The notes under the pieces: model-generated
Databases searched by the model: none
Told to the model about the DNA's origin: nothing
The model's input: only the letters and a program-made list of their open reading frames with translations
Source: Eledone cirrhosa
Lineage: Eukaryota
NCBI GenBank assembly: GCA_964016885.1
Contig: OZ024740.1
Coordinates: 388,988,001-389,052,000, forward strand
Length of the DNA stretch: 64,000 nt
Reading direction: 5' to 3'
Translations under genes and position numbers: made by a program
Shown here: one piece after another, positions 30,241-42,691 of the stretch
Layout: each line of letters begins with the position of its first letter
Numbering within the stretch: the stretch's first letter is position 1

Positions 30241-30941
30241 CCTTTCTATAGTGAACTATAGTAAATCACAGTAACTGGAATACAGTGACGAGTAGAATAA
30301 AAGTTTGGCTGGAGGTAGCGAATCACTACATCTAAAGAAAAACTAAAGCACATAAAGAGAGAAATGGAGAGAATGACTGATCTGTTTATGTTCGAAGTTC
30401 AAAGCCCCTAAAATTGACTTCTTTTTCATCCCATTGGGGTCGCTAAAATATATACCAGTAATAAAATTAGGTCAATCTTATCAGTGAAATCCCTTTCTCG
30501 GAAACGTGCAGTTAATACAAAAAATAATTATAATTACTATTGCTCAATTATACCAAAATTCCACCGAGTCTTGCTTTCATTTCTTTTATTTTTACATAAC
30601 TCTTTTTTTTTGTATGAAACAACAAAAATTGATTTCTAAATCAGTCTGGTAGTTATTGTCTGTCCTCGGGTAAATTATTTCATTCGTTGATTTTACTATA
30701 AGCATACTTGATATAATAAATCTTAACTTTGAATCTATTACACAGAGATAAGGATTTTACTAAAGAGCAAATTTATTCATATCCGTTGATGGCGCCAGTG
30801 ATCTTGTGTCGTATTCAATATTTACTGTATCTTCACTTTTATTAATGTGCTTTTCTTTAAACACAGCTTAATCTAATGGAACAATTCTGAAATGTTATTT
30901 TACTTTTCGCTCTCTCTCTCTTTCCTCGCCATCTCTCTCTT

Positions 30942-30976
<35 letters not shown>

Positions 30977-31038
30977 GAGAATGTTTGCTCTTAGTTAAAA
31001 ACTTCTGTAGTTGTCTCATTAGTATGAGGTCGTTGGTT

Positions 31039-32332
31039 ATACAGCGTGTGGCATAAATTCGGAAGCAAATGTTTGAAATTTGATTTCTGAAAGTGTTGTA
31101 AGTATATCATTAATCTTCTTTTATTTTCATGTAAAAACATTAGTCTATGTAAACATATTGGACTTTGGTTGCATTTCTTCAAGAATATGTGATCCAATAG
31201 AGAAATGATACTCAAACTTCATCATGTAATGGAGTCAGATTCGAATATTGCAATATTGCAAATTTACTTTCGGTTGCAAGATCTCCTGTTTGGAAAGTTG
31301 TGAAGCGTTTTAAAGAGCAAAATTTGTTGGATAGACCCAGAAGTGTAAGACAGCGAACTAAACGGATTCCTACACTCATTAAATCCGTTTGAGAAAGGAT
31401 AAGAAGAAATCCAAAAACGGTGCATGAAAGAAGTGACAAAAGAGGTCCGAGTAAGCCCTAAGACAATGAGAAGGATCATCAATGATGATTTTGGAATGTC
31501 TTCCTTCACTCTTCAGAAGAGACAAACTTCTTTTGAAAATACAAAACAAAAAAGGTTAGAGAGAAGCAAGAATGTGCGTGAAGAAATGAAACGTGGTATT
31601 GTGAAGGAAGTTGTCTGGTCAGTTCAAAAGATTTTCACGGTTGAGCAGACGCACAACCGAAGAAATTATCAAGTCATTGGAAAGAAAACTCATCATCAAT
31701 CAGTGTTGACCAAACATCTGTATTCCATACAATAAAACCAGCTTCTGTTATATACTGGGGAACTGTTTCATCATCTTGGAAGTCTACTCTCATTTTTGTG
31801 GAAGAAAGGACAAAAATTAGCTCCCAAACTTACGTAGACGATATTCTGGAGCCTGTTTGCTTCTGCAACTAATCATTTTGACAATGATTATCTGTGGAAC
31901 TTCCAACAGGTTGGAGTCACCTCCCATACAGCAAAAGTCGCACAATTTGGTGCAGAGACAGACCATCTTCCGAGGTTCTAGTCAAAAGAAATGTGGTCTC
32001 CTTGTTCACCTGATTTGAACCCTACGGACTTTTCAGTATGATCTATATGATCTATCCTTGAAGAAAAACCCTGTTCAAAAGTCCATAAGACAATCGACAA
32101 TTTAAAGGCATCTTTACTGAGCACTTGGAAAGAAATTCGCCAAGAAATGTTGCGTGCTTCGGTGAAAGATGTTCAACAGAGGTTAGAGACTGCTATTGCT
32201 GCATGAAGGGGTCATTTAGAATAAACTCTATACATTATATTTTAAAGATATTTATGTATAATTACATATATGTTGTTGGTCAATAAAGTTAGTAGATTTT
32301 TTATTTACTTCCAAACTGTATATCGTCCTGGT
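31039..32332 (+). pseudogene. Decayed Tc1/mariner (DD37D/maT-like) transposon
   Basis: DRPRS, VVWSVQKIFTVEQ, WGTVS..KS.LIFV, FQQ.G...HTA, W.PCSPDLNPTDFSV; starts TA-CAGCGTG; many stops and frameshifts. Confidence 0.8.
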
Positions 32333-32606
32333 ACGTGTCCTAACGGCATCTCAAATAATTATCTTAATCAGATGTGCTATAACTTCTAGTTACTTGCATA
32401 ATTGGTCCAATAAATAAAAACTGACTACCTTAGTAAGGAAACAAGGAACACTTAGCTATCGCACTATTGGCTTACACTATTGAACTAATACTTGCTAAAG
32501 TTACTTGTCAATACAGGAGAGAGGCAGGTGAGGTCCACATCAACTGTCTAGTCCTATTTACACCTCTTTTTTAGAGTTAGAAACTTAGAAAAATGTATTA
32601 CGAAAA

Positions 32607-32970
32607 TACTGATGTAGTATTCTTGTGAGGTTTGCCAACTTATCAAAACATCGCGCGAGAGAGAATCCCGGGAAGGCGGTAGAGTAACCACGGAAGTATA
32701 GTGACTGCTTTCAAGCTAATACTATTTACACTTCTAGCCTCCCTTGCCATCTCGTCTGTAGCCTAGATATTAATGCCCCCTCCGCCATTTTGTGTCATTT
32801 TTCATGGCTATAAGGGACTTGGCTCTGTTTCTTGACCTCTGTATCACGTGATAAATTCCCCCTCCGCCTTCCCGGGATTCTCTCTCGCGCGATGCGGAAC
32901 TGTTTTGAAACTTTATGTGAGGTATTCTCTTGATAAGTTGGCAAACCTCACAAGAATACTACATCTCTAT
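32607..32970. mobile_element. Fold-back MITE with long bipartite TIRs
   Basis: 32611-32646 pairs with 32930-32965, and 32649-32679 with 32864-32894. Confidence 0.7.
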
Positions 32971-33067
32971 GATATAGAATTTTTGCAAAGTAGCCACGAA
33001 ACTGTACAGTCGAGAATGTGAAGAAATAATAGGTATTTATTTATTTATGTTTCTTCTTTCTTTATAA

Positions 33068-33136
<69 letters not shown>

Positions 33137-33140
<4 letters not shown>

Positions 33141-34918
33141 AAGCAGAAACTTGCTTATTGTGATCCAGTTCGTGGTTAAGAAAGCCAGTTTCATGGATGG
33201 TTTCAACGGTTAGGGGTAACTCCACAAGTTTGTAAGAATTCCGTTCAATCTTGGAGTATAAAGTATAAAAGAGAAAACACAAGTAAGCATTAAGAGAAGG
33301 ATTTTATCCAGGTATTTACGACCGTTTCATTGGTAAGTGCAACCTTATATTGCTATACTGCAAATAGCAGCCACTCAATTATAATTGTTGTTCATATAAT
33401 TGTTGTCCATATTTAACACCTCTATTAGTACTAACCTACCCTCTACCTTCTTTAGAATAATAAATAAGCACTTTCCAGATTCACATAGATACAGCAAAAT
33501 CCTTAACACTAAATCTATTAGACTATCTTACTCCACGGCACCAAATATAGAGGCACACATTAAGATGCTTAACGCTAAAAAGATACATAACAACACCAGA
33601 ACACAAATTTACAACAATAACAATACAATCACCATTGAACACAACAGAATATCTAATACACAACCACCCACTAATAGGCAAACAAAACGTAACACACTTG
33701 TACAGGCATCGCAGCCCACCAATAATGCCAAAGTTGCCCATGACAAGAATTGTAACTGCCACCTACCTGAAACCTGTCCATTACATAATGAATGTATGCA
33801 GTCTAACCTGGTTTACCAATGCACAGTTGAATCAAACAACCAGAAATGGTATTACATCGGAGCGACTGGGAATACATTTAAAGCCCGTTGGTATACACAC
33901 CGTTACGCAATGAAACATTCCCAGCATCGTTATGTAACTACCCTTGCAAACAAGACCTGGCAACTGAGGGAAAGTAACCATCAATACACCCTGAAGTGGA
34001 AAAAATTATCGAACGCGCCCCCAGATCGGAGTGGTATGAGAAGCTGTCGATTATGTGACCTTGAGCTGTTCCACATTTTGAGTTCGAAGAATAAGTTACT
34101 CAACAATAAAATCGAAAGATCAATTTATTGTAACCATAGACTCAAAGAAAAGTTTTCGCACTACAAGTGCAAATTGAACCCTTAACCTCTTACTACCAAC
34201 TGACAAACTGCATATATTTAGACTTTATACCCTCTTATTGTATCTAAACCCTTTTAATTACCCACAAAAACCAATACCTATATCCCTCCCTTCTCCTTCA
34301 TTCCTCTTCTATTTCTTCGTTTTCTTCCTTCCTTCCCTCCCCTTTTTGGCTATATTTTCTATTCTTCTTTCTCCCCCTTCTTTGCTTTTATTTTTGTTAT
34401 TATTATCTTTATCATTATTTTTTATATATATATTTATCTCTTTATATCTCCCCCCCCCCCCCCTCTCTCTCTCTATCCATCCCTCCCACTATGATCAATT
34501 TAATTCTCTTTAACTCACTACATTCCATGACATGAAGTCTACATATCAAAACTGATCAAGGAATCCTTCCACCTCTACCCCTCCCTCCATCTCAGTTTGT
34601 CACTCTACTTCCTAACTCTTCTCCCCCTTCCTCTCTCTCTATACTATTCCGTTTGTCCCCTCACCTTCTAATTCCTCTTCCTCTCTCTCTCTCTCTATAC
34701 TAGTAAATACAATTCCAAAAAAATGGTTTTCTCTATATATTAAAAACTATTTCAAGAGTAACTTACTCACTATTTTGAAAATTTGGACGTGAACAACAAT
34801 TATAATTGAGTGGCTGTTATTTGCAGTATAGCAATATAAGGTTGCACTTACCAATGAAACGGTCGTAAATACCTGGATAAAATCCTTCTCTTAATGCTTA
34901 CCTGTGTTTTCTCTTTTA

Positions 34919-34921
<3 letters not shown>
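33137..34921 (+). mobile_element. 5'-truncated Naiad-type PLE with inverted pseudo-LTR
   Basis: ORF 33400-34185 (KHFP..H.YSKILN..SIRLSYST, CNC..PETCPL..C, YYIGATG.TFKARW..H, CRLC, YCNH); 33262-33394 is the reverse complement of 34790-34921. Confidence 0.9.
34771..34871 (+). ncRNA. U3-A8 hammerhead variant with ~75-nt branched stem II
   Basis: TATT-TTGAAAA-tTTGG...CCAAt-GAAA-CGGTCG-TA-AATA. Confidence 0.6.
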
Positions 34922-35000
<79 letters not shown>

Positions 35001-35748
35001 TTATTTATTTATTAACTTACCATTTACCAAATGAAATAATTCGACCCTTCAGTAAAACAGTACTGTAGCGGCTTCTGATTCTTGTATTAAATAAAATCTA
35101 TTTTTTTCATTGCGCTGTCTAATGGTAGTTAAAAGAAAGCTTACTGGAAAGGAACGTAAGTTATTGCTATTAATTTAGAATAAGTGAATTACACGAAGAG
35201 TCTTTAGCGATATAAGATTGCTAGTTAAAAATAATGATAATACTGAACACTTGTTGCGGTTTACAAAGTAAATATAAATACAATAACAGGGAAATTGTTG
35301 TTGGTCACATACATAATAGCAGGACAATATCCAAATATCCAAATTTGAAGAATGCCACAGACTATATGACTTTATTGGAATCCTTTGAGCTCCAGACATA
35401 AAAATAATAAGATTATTGTCTACCCACAAGCACTGCAATAAACATTAGAAAAAATTCCTAATTAGAAAAATAATTCGTAAAGTAATTATGTAAATTACTG
35501 CAGCGTTTTGAAAAGGAAACCGTTTTCAGAGAAAATAAGAAAGTAAAAGAAAAATTCTATTTATGTTCTTATTAGTTTGTTATATTTTATTTTGCGCATT
35601 CTTATGAAGCTCTATTTGGATCAGCTTCTGAGTTTTCTCGTTTACAACGTTTATGGACGAACTGAAAACTGTCAGCATTTTTTTAAAGTAGTTTATCGGA
35701 AATATAGTGAATTCATCTGATGATATATATATTTTAGGTATTAATAAA

Positions 35749-35778
35749 CCCCGGGCGAGGCCTGGTGCGTCTGCTAGT
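35749..35778 (+). mobile_element. Helitron-like 3' terminus
   Basis: GC hairpin ccggg cgagg cctgg followed by CTAG|T. Confidence 0.5.
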
Positions 35779-36420
35779 GTGTGTGCATATGTGTGTGCAT
35801 TCGCTAAGCAACCAAAGAGTAAGAAAATCGATTAAAAGATTTTATGATTTTTTTTCAGTTTAGAGAGAAATACATATAGTTGCATGTTTACATGACTATA
35901 TACTAAAAATGTGTAAATTTATATGGTACACACATTCCCGGATACCTCTATCCTATATTTATGCAGATATAACTTCATAATACTTATATTTGTATCTACT
36001 ATCAGAGGTGCACTGAATCATATAACAAGAGATTTGCGAAAATAAAAAGTGAAATTCTGAGGTTTTCAAAGAAGGAACAAAACAAATTGACGCTCATCCT
36101 CCAAATTCAATCGATTAATAGACAGTAACTATTTGTAAAATATTTCAAAGATTCTCTATTTGAGTCTCTTGCACACGATCACATGCGTGCGTATGGTATA
36201 TAAAAATATCTGCCTAAGTTCATATTTTAAAACGCTCAAAACTTTCTCGTCAATTTTTTTGCTGACTGGTTTAATACTTCGAAGATTTTGAATAAATAAA
36301 TAAAATAAAACATGAAAATGCAGTCTGTACGTCAAACAATGAAATGTAAACTTTTTCGAAATTTAAAAACAAAATTTCTATGCTTTGTGAAGCAAATCTT
36401 CAAGAATTACTTTTTAAATT

Positions 36421-37790
36421 CTACCTATCTATCTATCTATTGCTCTTGCCCGATGTGACTGGGGTCATTCGGGTCAGTGGTGGTACTCATTCGTGTCACC
36501 ACACAGGTGAGCCGCGGCGTCAGTTGATTATGTCCAGCGTCTGCAGTGAAATCCAGGGCCACTTGGCAAGAGGTCTTGGATTTACCAGGACGTAAGGTCC
36601 AGACTGGTTAACGCACGATTTGGGTTTCCCAGTTGTCAATCTCGTCCTCAGCCAAGGCGCTGAAGCGATCGGATATGGAGCACGTGAATGTATAGGTGAT
36701 GTTGGGATGATTAAAACAGGATGAATCAAGACGAGACTGGTACTTGGTGGTCGGGACCACCAGCAATTTTCAACTTCAGTTTCACAGCCAGCAGACGATG
36801 GTCGGTATTTCCAAGTTGACCTGCCCTGTAGACCCGGTGACAAACGACCATCAGCGGCCGGTGATGATGATGTTGTCGAAAGCCTTCCGAGTATAGCCGT
36901 CCGGACTGTACCAAGTTCAGTGATGGATGAGTTGGTCATTGGAGGAGGGGTCATTGAAGGTTGTGCCAATGGGCTGAGGCTGGAGCGTATCAGTTTGAGG
37001 GAAGATAAGATGGTAGCATTGGCGTCCGTCAGGATGATCGTGATGTTGTGGGGTGGGATTTGTCCTAAAGCCGGTTGGGGCTGGTCCTAGTAATCGTCCT
37101 TGACAATGTTCTCTGCGAAGTTTTTAGGCACATAGGCAACGATGGTAGTCATCTTCCCGTGCCGATGGAGAAAACGGGCTTACAGGAAACGATCGCTCAC
37201 AGAAGTCCAGCTGATGAGTGATTTCCAGACGTGCTTGGGCATGGCCAGTGTCACTGTGCATAGGCCTGTCCTGTCCACGGAGCCTCTCAAGTTGAAGCGA
37301 TGTATTTGCCGTTACCAGGGCAGCATGTCTTGCAGAGGCCCGCCAGGATGATGTTGCAGCGGGATAGCTCTCGGGACAGCAAAGTGATTACTCAGGGACC
37401 AAGGAGTGGCAGGACATTCCATGTGACAACACGAATTTTGTAGCGTAAGATGATCTCGTTGGTCGGGGCCGCACAGAGTTCATTCCAATTTTGAGCAATC
37501 TGGTATCTTCTGGCTGGTGTCGTAACAAATTAAGGATTCTCCTGGGTGGATTGTTAGCCCTCCGCATCATAGTCGGATGATGAGGCTGCCATTCTTGCGA
37601 CGGCAGATGTGTCGCTGGTCACTGTTAGCCTGGCACCTCCCCGGGAGTCCGGCCCGCCAGAGGATGCCCTACCAGGAGCAAAGCTCTTGGCTGTAACACT
37701 TTCTTGGATCTACGGAACAGGGAAGCCACGTTGCCATGACAAAGCCAGACACTAGAAGGGTCTTTTTTGGAAAAGGCATACACATCATAC
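36421..37790 (-). mobile_element. Internally deleted RTE-clade LINE
   Basis: APE-type CHRVYRAGQLGNTDHRLLAVKLKL fragment; GC-rich 5' region; (TAGA)n-like tail at 36421-36440. Confidence 0.65.
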
Positions 37791-37959
37791 ATATACATCA
37801 TACTTATATATACATATACATATATGTATGTGTGTGTAAAAGGGTAAAGACCCCCCCCCCCCCTTCGGTCTTTCATTTAGAAAGTTCCCTTCCGATTAAG
37901 TGTTTTTGTGCAAGACAAACAGTTACCCAAGCATACTAGTCTCCGCTCTACGTGCCGCT

Positions 37960-38120
37960 GATGTTATCTAGGGGAAAGGCACTTGTTATGTCGCAACTCA
38001 TTTCTACATCTAAGGAGCAGTAACAAATAAAGGACACAACGCATCGCATGGTCTGGGAATCGAACTCACAAACTCACGATTGCGAATCCATCTCAGTAAC
38101 AACTTAGCCACGCACCTTCA
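37960..38120 (-). mobile_element. Degenerate tRNA-derived SINE
   Basis: Minus strand reads ggtgcgtggctaagttg...gagttcgattcccag...tgtgtcctt. Confidence 0.5.
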
Positions 38121-38141
38121 AATATATGTGTATGCTGTGTG

Positions 38142-38240
<99 letters not shown>

Positions 38241-38674
38241 AAACACACGAGAGAGAGTGTTTGTTTATCAAGTTACAGGGAATACTACTAGTGTATGGAA
38301 CATATAAACTAAGAAAGGTGAAGTAGATACATTATAATTAAAATGAAACAACCCACCTTTATAACTATATATCACACACGTAGAAACTCAGAGAGAATGT
38401 TTCGCCAGAAAATCAGTATTTGAAGAGCTCGGGATTCTTTTTCCTTTGAGCTCGTGAATTACAGGGACTAACACGAGTTTCTGACTCCGTTACTTCATTT
38501 TGATATATTGCTCCTAACAACGGGTTTCTCTCTCTTTGTTTTGTCGAGCACCTTAATTTGAGTGGTTTGGGGCTACCATTTCTAGCGGCTCATCCCACTC
38601 ATTTATATATATATATAGGGAGAGAGAAAGAGGTAGAGAGAGAGGGGGAGAGAGAGAGAGAGAGAGTTGTATGA

Positions 38675-38738
<64 letters not shown>

Positions 38739-38833
38739 GTGTGGACGTGTCTCCCTACATACACATATACATACATATATAAAGGTATTTCATCAATCCG
38801 GCCTCCTGTCATTTTATTCAATAATACCTACAT

Positions 38834-38867
<34 letters not shown>

Positions 38868-38934
38868 CGGAGAGAGAGAGAGAAAGAGAGAGAGAGCGAG
38901 AGAGAAAGAGAGCGAGAGAGATAGAGAGAGAGAG

Positions 38935-39575
38935 AGATACTTGGTACAGTTAGGTATATTTGAAAAAAAAAAGAATTACTTTACTTGTAGTTTGTATTCT
39001 ATACGAATTTAATTTTTTAATTTTACTATTTAATTATTTTATAATTTGGTATGTAGATCTAATAAGCCCTTTGTTAACTTCGGTGGAAAGCTTTTTTTTT
39101 TATCCTGGTTAACTTTCTGGAAAATTTTCTCGCATTCGTCGGTGGCGATTGTAAAACTGATCAAAAGTTGCAATGTGTTGCTGTATATATAAGGAATGTG
39201 GGTATAATCAATATTGCTTTACCATAACATAGAGGTGAGACTATATACAATAGAAAATAATAACCTAAGTAAACATGAAAGTACAACCGAAGTCCCACTA
39301 TCATCGCCTCCATCTCTCTCGTCACCCCCCCCCCCGCCCATCTCTCCGTATGGTGAGCAAATGGGGTCCCACGTGCTGGCCTCCCCACAGCCCCGGCGGA
39401 TAGAATGGAGAAGGCGTTTCCCCGGAGGATGATAGGTAAGATGCGCTGGAAGAGCCATTCCAACTCGCGTGGCTCACACGTGCGACTGGCCAGCTCAGCG
39501 CTTATGGTGTTTAGTAGGGAGGTAGCCCTAGGGCCAAGGACACCAGAAGTCTCCATTGCCAAGGGCACGACGGGA
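38935..39575 (-). mobile_element. 3' end of CRE-clade non-LTR element (RLE C-terminus); repeated at about 42750-43391 and 46465-47107
   Basis: PLAMETSGVLGPRA...EPRELEWLFQRI...ILRGNAFSIL, the ETxG...QR...RGNA signature; ends at (CT)n. Confidence 0.75.
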
Positions 39576-40041
39576 AGTGTTAATGAGAAGAAAAGTAAAG
39601 GAGTGTTGATGAAAATAAAAGTAAAGGAATTTTTAAAAAATAGAAAAAAATAATAACAAAGAGCAAATCTGTCTACCGGGGCCGTGGGGCGACCATGGCG
39701 TGGGACCCCATTTGCTCTTAATAGTAAGAGAGGGGGAGCGCGAGAAAGAAGGAAGCGTTGACAGTGGGAGTTCGGCTCCTTCGTATTCGGACCTGGTGTA
39801 CGTATGTTTACTTCTATTAAGTGAATAACTGATTGTATATAGAAGATTGATTGGGAGTGGAGGTCTATATATAGATATATATAGAGAGAGAGAGGGGGGA
39901 GGGAGAGAGAGAGGGGGAGAGAGAGAGTGTGTTTGTTTATCAAGTTACAGGGAATACTACTAGTGTATGGAACATATAAACTAAGAAAGGTGAAGTAGAT
40001 ACATTATAATTAAAATGAAACAACCCACCTTTATAACTATA

Positions 40042-42127
40042 CTAGCATTAAAGCCCGGCGTTGATCGGGGTCATTAAGTTACCAAAGTTAGGTTGCACCA
40101 CCCATTTTATGGCAGCACTTTTTTGTCTGCCAGGCACTGGGTGAATGAATTGCAGACCTGGAGGCAGGAGCTGTGCCAGCAGTGACAATTGTAGTTTCGC
40201 CTATGGATATTATCTCTGTGCAAAAAAGTGTTGAAATTTATTGTTTCACAGTACTTGCGCAACACGCGCGTAGACGATGCCAGCCGAACAACAGAGCTGC
40301 CATGGAGTTGTTCTGCATGGTTGTCTGTGTGTTTTCTAAATTTAAGACAGTGGGGAGGGTTGTCATATGAGGGAGAGTTAGCTGTTGTTTCTAGCAGGTT
40401 TAGTGACCTCATAGAGGATATGTGTTTTCTAAATTTAAGACAGTAGGGAGTGGTGTGATATGGAAGAGAGTTAGCTGCTGTTTCTAGCAGGTTTAGTGAC
40501 CTCATAGAAGATGTTTTCTAAATTTAACACAGTAGGGATGGGTGTGATATGGGGGAGAGTTAGCTGCTGTTTGTAGCAGGTTTAGTAACCTCATAGAGGA
40601 TATGTGTTTTCTAAATTTAAGACAGTAGGGAGTGTTGTGATATGGAGGAGGGTTAGCTGCTGTTTCTAGCAGGTTTAGTGACCTCATAGAGGATATTATT
40701 GTTTATCATCATAATCTATAAAGCTCAGTGTGTGGACATGCTCCTTCGTTATAGAAATCTACGATATAGAATTTCTTTAATTGAAATTTACAATTCAGAG
40801 TTCGAAAAAGCTTCGATTGCGTCTTGACGCAGATAATTTTTTCAATTTCACCCACAATTACGCAAAAAATAGATAAAACTCAATATTTTACGATTTTTAT
40901 CTGTCATTTAAACTGCTAAACCCTTTCTACTACTATTCAAAATCTATACAACTTCATACTTCTGCTACTTTCTCTTTCCAAGCTTCATGGTGATACTGTC
41001 CGTTCACACCACTCCCTACTGTCTTAAATTTAGAAAACACATATCCTCTATGAGGTTACTAAACCTGCTAGAAACAGCAGCTAACTCTCCCCCATATCAC
41101 ACCCCTCCCTACTGTCTTAAATTTAGAAAACATATCTTCTATGAGGTCACTAAACCTGCTAGAAACAGCAGCTAACTCTCCCCCATATCACACCACTCCC
41201 TACTGTCTTAAATTTAGAAAACTCATATCCTCTATGAGGTCACTAAACCTGCTAGAAACAACAGCTAACTCTCCATCATATCACAACCCGCCCTACTGTC
41301 TTAAATTTAGAAAACACACAGAGAACCATGCAGAACAACTCCATCGCAGCTCTGTTGTTCGGTTGGCATCGTCTACGCGCGTGTTGCGCAAGTACTGTGA
41401 AACAATAAATTTCAACACTTTTTTGCACAGAGATAATATCTATAGGCGAAACTACAATTGTCACTGCTGGCGCAGCTCATGCTTCCAGGTCTGCAATTCA
41501 TTCACCCAGTGCCTGGCAGACAAAAAAGTGCTGCCATAAAATGGGTGGTGCAACCTAACTTTGGTAACTTAATGACCCGAGCAACGCCGGGCTTTAATGC
41601 TAGTTATCTATATAAGGCAGATTGTTGTTGTTGTTGTTGAAGTGAGTGTGTGTTTGTATGCGTTTGGAAAAGGTTTTAAAAAAGATTTATCGCCTGTTGT
41701 TGAATAAATGTATCTGTTGCTTTTGAATAATTGCCGTTTCGTATGAAATGTAATAATTTGAAGTATAAAAGAGAAAGTAGCAAAATGTGTGGGTTGTAGA
41801 TAGAGGGAAGGAGATGATATGATAGAGTAAAACGGACAGTATCACCATCAAGCTTGGAAAGAGAAAGTAGCAGAAAGTATGAAGTTGTATAGATTTTGAA
41901 TGGTAGTGGAAAGAGTTTAGCAGTTTAAATGACAGAGGAAAATCGTAAAATATTGAGTTTTATCTATTTTTGGCATAATTGTGGGTGAAATTGAAAAAAT
42001 GAGATGTGCCAAGACGCAATCGAAACTATTTCGAATACTGAATTGTAAATTTCAATTGAAGAAATTCTATATCGTAGATTTCTATAAGAAAGGAGCATGA
42101 CCACAGACTGAGCTTTATAGATTATGA
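40042..42127 (-). mobile_element. Rearranged non-autonomous Helitron composite (copies 43856-45848 and 47567-49650)
   Basis: Hairpin+CTAG ends at 40042 (-) and 41603 (+); ~93-bp internal minisatellite; inserted at A|T with no TSD (empty site at 38369/38370). Confidence 0.8.
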
Positions 42128-42358
42128 TATCACACACGTACGAACTCAGAGAGAATGTTTCGCCAGAAAATCAGTATTTGAAGAGCTCGGGTTTCTTTTT
42201 CCTTTGAGCTCATGAATTACAGGGACTAACACGAGTTTCTGACTCCGTTACTTCATTTTGATATATTGCTCCTAACAACGGTTTTCTCTCTCTTTGTTTT
42301 GTCGAGCACCTTAATTTGAGTGGTTTGGGGCTACCATTTCTAGCGGCTCATCCCACTC

Positions 42359-42392
<34 letters not shown>

Positions 42393-42431
42393 AGAGAGAG
42401 AGAGATAGAGAGAGAGGGAGAGAGAGAGAGA

Positions 42432-42490
<59 letters not shown>

Positions 42491-42496
42491 GTATGA

Positions 42497-42546
<50 letters not shown>

Positions 42547-42641
42547 GTGTGGACGTGTCTCCCTACATACACATGTACATACATATATAAAGGTATTTCA
42601 CCAATCCGGCCTCCTGTCATTTTATTCAATAATACCTACAT

Positions 42642-42691
<50 letters not shown>

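Noticed and set aside
40340-41320. ~93-bp repeats as a CRISPR array or a 31-aa repeat protein (MRSLNLLETAANSPPYH...)
   Set aside because: No unique spacers and no cas genes; eukaryotic context; frame broken differently in each unit; it is a Helitron-internal minisatellite
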